DNA from: Vermamoeba vermiformis
Lineage: Eukaryota
Reading direction: 5' to 3'
DNA: 20,000 nt
Assembly (NCBI GenBank): GCA_045837725.1
Contig: JBEWZL010000269.1
Coordinates: 55,956-75,955, forward strand
Below, in pieces: positions 19,036 to 20,000 of this stretch. Positions within the stretch are counted from its first letter, which is position 1. Each line of letters opens with the position of its first letter. The position numbers and the translations under genes are program-made. The notes beneath the pieces were generated by a model. The model made no database searches. It saw only the letters and a list, made by a program, of their open reading frames with translations, and was not told where the DNA came from.

Positions 19036-20000
19036 TTACGCCTTTCGTTTTATTAATTCATCCCAATGTTTGTCATATGGATGACCCATCAAGCTGAAAA
19101 TATGCGTCCACATCTCCAACGGCATCAATTGAAACAAGTCACTGCGTCGTATATTATGAACGATGATTGCTGCATCAATGTACACATTTCTGTTGCGAGT
19201 GATGTACTTATCAACAAATTTGCAGTGCTTGTCTGCCCGCGGTCCGTTAATTTTCAACGACATAACTCTCGTATTGACGACCAATCCTTTTTTAATCTTG
19301 AGAAAATGCTGTGAAATTATGGAATCGGTTTTATCTACGGTGATGCTAGTAAGACTGCTGTTCATGGCCAAAACGCGCGTTAATTGTTCCGTTGTCATTG
19401 CTGTCACGTGAAGCACTTGCAATGTTTTGTTCTTAGCCATTAAGTCTGAAAATGCTCTAGCAGTGCATGCTAAACACGAAGTCGCGCTAAAACTAGAGCT
19501 CGGACATATCCGGAGATTGCTGTCAAGTGTCAAACTTGTCAAAGTGTCATTGTCGTACAACGATTGGCAGATCGCGTGAACTGTTGCTGTGGATATTTCG
19601 CCAGTCAATTTGAATTTTTTTACAACTTTGTTGGTTCTTAATACCTCCGCTGTGAGCTTTGCGCGGTTTTTTTTGTAAATTGCTGCCAAGGTCAGATCCG
19701 TAATTGAAGGGTGATTGTTTAGTACTGATATTAACTCTGGTACTATGACATCGACATCTTTTGATAGTAATGATAATATTTTTAGATTTGTGTTGCGTTG
19801 TATGTACGCTATCAACGGATGTAGCTTTGGTTTGCAATTACTTAATTCTAATCTCGTCAAGCTTTGATTCAACAATAAACACGAGCAGAAAGTGTCATAT
19901 TCATAGTCTGATTCGGCCATTGAAGGTGCAATGCATTTAAGCCCTGTGATTGTTCGATTGATTTTCAGTGCCACTCGGTTGTTGCCCGTCTCCTCAATAT
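19036..20000 (-). CDS. RNI-like leucine-rich repeat protein with a C-terminal F-box-like motif; 5' end beyond the window
   Basis: The frame is open from 20000 to 19036. Roughly 28-aa repeats: NQSLTRLELSN, NTNLKILSL, HPSITDLTL, NDTLTSLTL, NKTLQVLHV and NSSLTSITV. The C-terminus contains LFQLMPLEMWTHIFSLM. Confidence 0.85.
   Translation of the reverse strand, partial: IEETGNNRVALKINRTITGLKCIAPSMAESDYEYDTFCSCLLLNQSLTRLELSNCKPKLHPLIAYIQRNTNLKILSLLSKDVDVIVPELISVLNNHPSITDLTLAAIYKKNRAKLTAEVLRTNKVVKKFKLTGEISTATVHAICQSLYDNDTLTSLTLDSNLRICPSSSFSATSCLACTARAFSDLMAKNKTLQVLHVTAMTTEQLTRVLAMNSSLTSITVDKTDSIISQHFLKIKKGLVVNTRVMSLKINGPRADKHCKFVDKYITRNRNVYIDAAIIVHNIRRSDLFQLMPLEMWTHIFSLMGHPYDKHWDELIKRKA

Noticed and set aside
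1-20000. CRISPR arrays, transposases, prokaryotic operons or defence systems
   Set aside because: The window is spliceosomal-intron-rich eukaryotic DNA, and I saw no repeat-spacer array, transposase or reverse transcriptase motifs. Most remaining ORF-track entries are antisense or off-frame shadows of exons.

Overview
This is gene-dense, AT-rich eukaryotic nuclear DNA. Most GT-AG introns are short (about 44-65 nt) and carry CTRAY-like branch points, which suggests a compact protist or fungal-type genome; the taxon cannot be fixed from sequence alone. Splicing the exons by hand gives nine well-supported genes: a GT32 glycosyltransferase (3' end outside the window), a 13-exon F-box/acidic/LRR-like protein, an F-box protein with a beta-rich C-terminus, a nearly intronless type I Baeyer-Villiger monooxygenase, a secreted DUF4140/DUF4139-type protein, an HSL-family esterase, the DNA primase large subunit, a 76-aa single-pass membrane protein, and an RNI-like LRR protein with a C-terminal F-box-like motif (5' end outside the window). 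There is also an orphan ORF or gene relic at 8648-9392. The strongest unexplained signal is a GC-rich, end-to-end base-paired element of about 293 nt (1828-2120) followed by T5 in the divergent intergenic region. It looks like an unannotated structured, possibly Pol III, ncRNA that I could not assign to a known family. All family calls come from motif recognition, not database searches.
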